Assembly: GCA_030390025.1 (NCBI GenBank)
Contig: CM059432.1
Location: forward strand, 806,001-870,000
Reading direction: 5' to 3'
Source: Squalus acanthias
Lineage: Eukaryota
Length of the DNA: 64,000 bases
Part shown: piece by piece, positions 62,704 through 64,000 of the stretch
How the letters are laid out: the number at the start of each line of letters is the position of its first letter
Numbering within the stretch: position 1 is the stretch's first letter
Made by a program: the position numbers and the translations under genes
The notes under the pieces: generated by a model
What the model saw: the letters and a program-made list of their open reading frames with translations, nothing else
Told to the model about the DNA's origin: nothing
The model's database searches: none

Positions 62704-62839
62704 GTAAGTTTCACAATTTTTAAATCTCAGGATTTTAGTTTGTTTTCTTGTTGCTTTTACAAATTGGAAGGTTCTTCAAGTTTGAACTCAAGCTTCTTTT
62801 CTGAATTTAGGATCCTGCCTGTAAAATCGCTTTAAAATA

Positions 62840-63600
62840 CGAGATGAGATGAGGAGAATTTTTTTTTACGCAGCAAGTTGTTACGTTCTGGAAATGCACT
62901 GGCTGAAAGGGCGCTGGAAGCAGATTCAGTAATAACTTTCCAAAGGGAATTAGATAAATACTTAAAAAGGAGAAATTTGCGGGACTATGGAGAAAGAGCA
63001 GGGGGGAGTGGGACTAATTGGAGAGCTCGTTCAAAGAGCCGGCACAGGCACGATGGGCCGAATGGCCTCCTTCTGTGCTGTGAGATTCTATGATTCTATA
63101 TAATCCTGCAATAGATTTGGTTTTTGTGTGTGCATGTTTAGAAAATTTCACAAAAAAAGACATGTGCTAATCTCTCCAAGATTGGTTAGAACTGGAGGAG
63201 GCAGATCATTTTTGCAGACCCTGATACTGTGGAAACCTCTTAAAGTGAATTTGCACAATTACTAGCAAAAACTTCCCATTATCTGATTTATTCCTGTTAA
63301 ACTAACATTGCATACGCTAATCACATTTTCCCTTTAAAAGATTTTTAACATGATAAGGAGGAAACTCCGCCTCTTTATTTTTCATCTTCGGTTTCCATTG
63401 TTTCTAATAATTTCTTATTAACAGTAAAATAGCTGATTGCTGTTAATGAGAGCTTGCTGTGCATACATTGGCTGGTGCATTTCTCTATGTTACAACAGTG
63501 ACAACACTTCATATGTGCTTCATTGGCTGTGAAGCACTTTGGGACGTCCTGAGGTCGTGGAAAGGTGCTATAGAAATGCAAGTTATTTTTCTTTCTTTCT
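62840..63600 (+). mobile_element. CR1 3' end (62840-63100) and Deu-SINE tail (63430-63600)
   Basis: Family motifs. Confidence 0.8.
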
Positions 63601-64000
63601 GCAAAGTAAAAGAATGTAAATGAATTTGATTAGTTACTGCATTCTAGACAGAACTATTTAAAAACAAATCAGTAGTACAGTGACAGAGAAAGCTGTAGTT
63701 ATTTTTAATTATACAAGGACCTTTAGATGTGGATATTTTCCCAGTCTTTTTATTCGTAATGATCTCCAGTTATTGAATTGGCAGACAAAATGACTATTAT
63801 GTATATTCGCAGCTGGTTAGACCTAGGAAGTGTTGGAGTTGGATAGTGCAGCTAACGCACTGGAAGCCTTGATAGTACAGAGGAAGGATAATTGGCCCTT
63901 TGTTGCAGTCTATCTCTGCTGTTTCGGTTTATTAGCAACCAGACATGTTTCAGCACACTTTCCATCATCAGTAGGGCACAGAACGCTGATTTATAACTCT

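Noticed and set aside
62455..62835. 126-aa ORF in the ORF track
   Set aside because: Wrong frame; the real coding sequence is the 118-bp laminin exon inside it.

Overview
Eukaryotic, repeat-dense vertebrate DNA. The TE landscape (CR1, L2, Deu-domain tRNA-SINEs, Tx1, RTE, Penelope, Harbinger and hAT MITEs) points to a cartilaginous fish, which is an inference. Only one host coding exon is recognisable: a 118-bp + strand exon at 62586-62703 encoding part of the laminin alpha N-terminal (LN) domain, best matching LAMA3 exon 3. Most of the window is therefore probably one very large intron. The rest is transposons, many nested, plus five tandem arrays clustered at 12.9-22.7 kb. The most interesting signals are: (i) short Penelope-derived insertions with 10-14 bp target-site duplications carrying minimal hammerhead-ribozyme cores, two of them long hairpins; (ii) a Tx1-clade LINE whose poly(A) abuts the A-box of a SINE tRNA head, inside a 14-kb nest of insertions; (iii) a CR1 with two stacked 3' tails, the inner one biased to A>G on the sense strand; (iv) a local duplication whose unique part is far more conserved than its attached L2 part. 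No prokaryotic-type system or CRISPR array is present. All counts and identities are hand estimates and TE boundaries are approximate.
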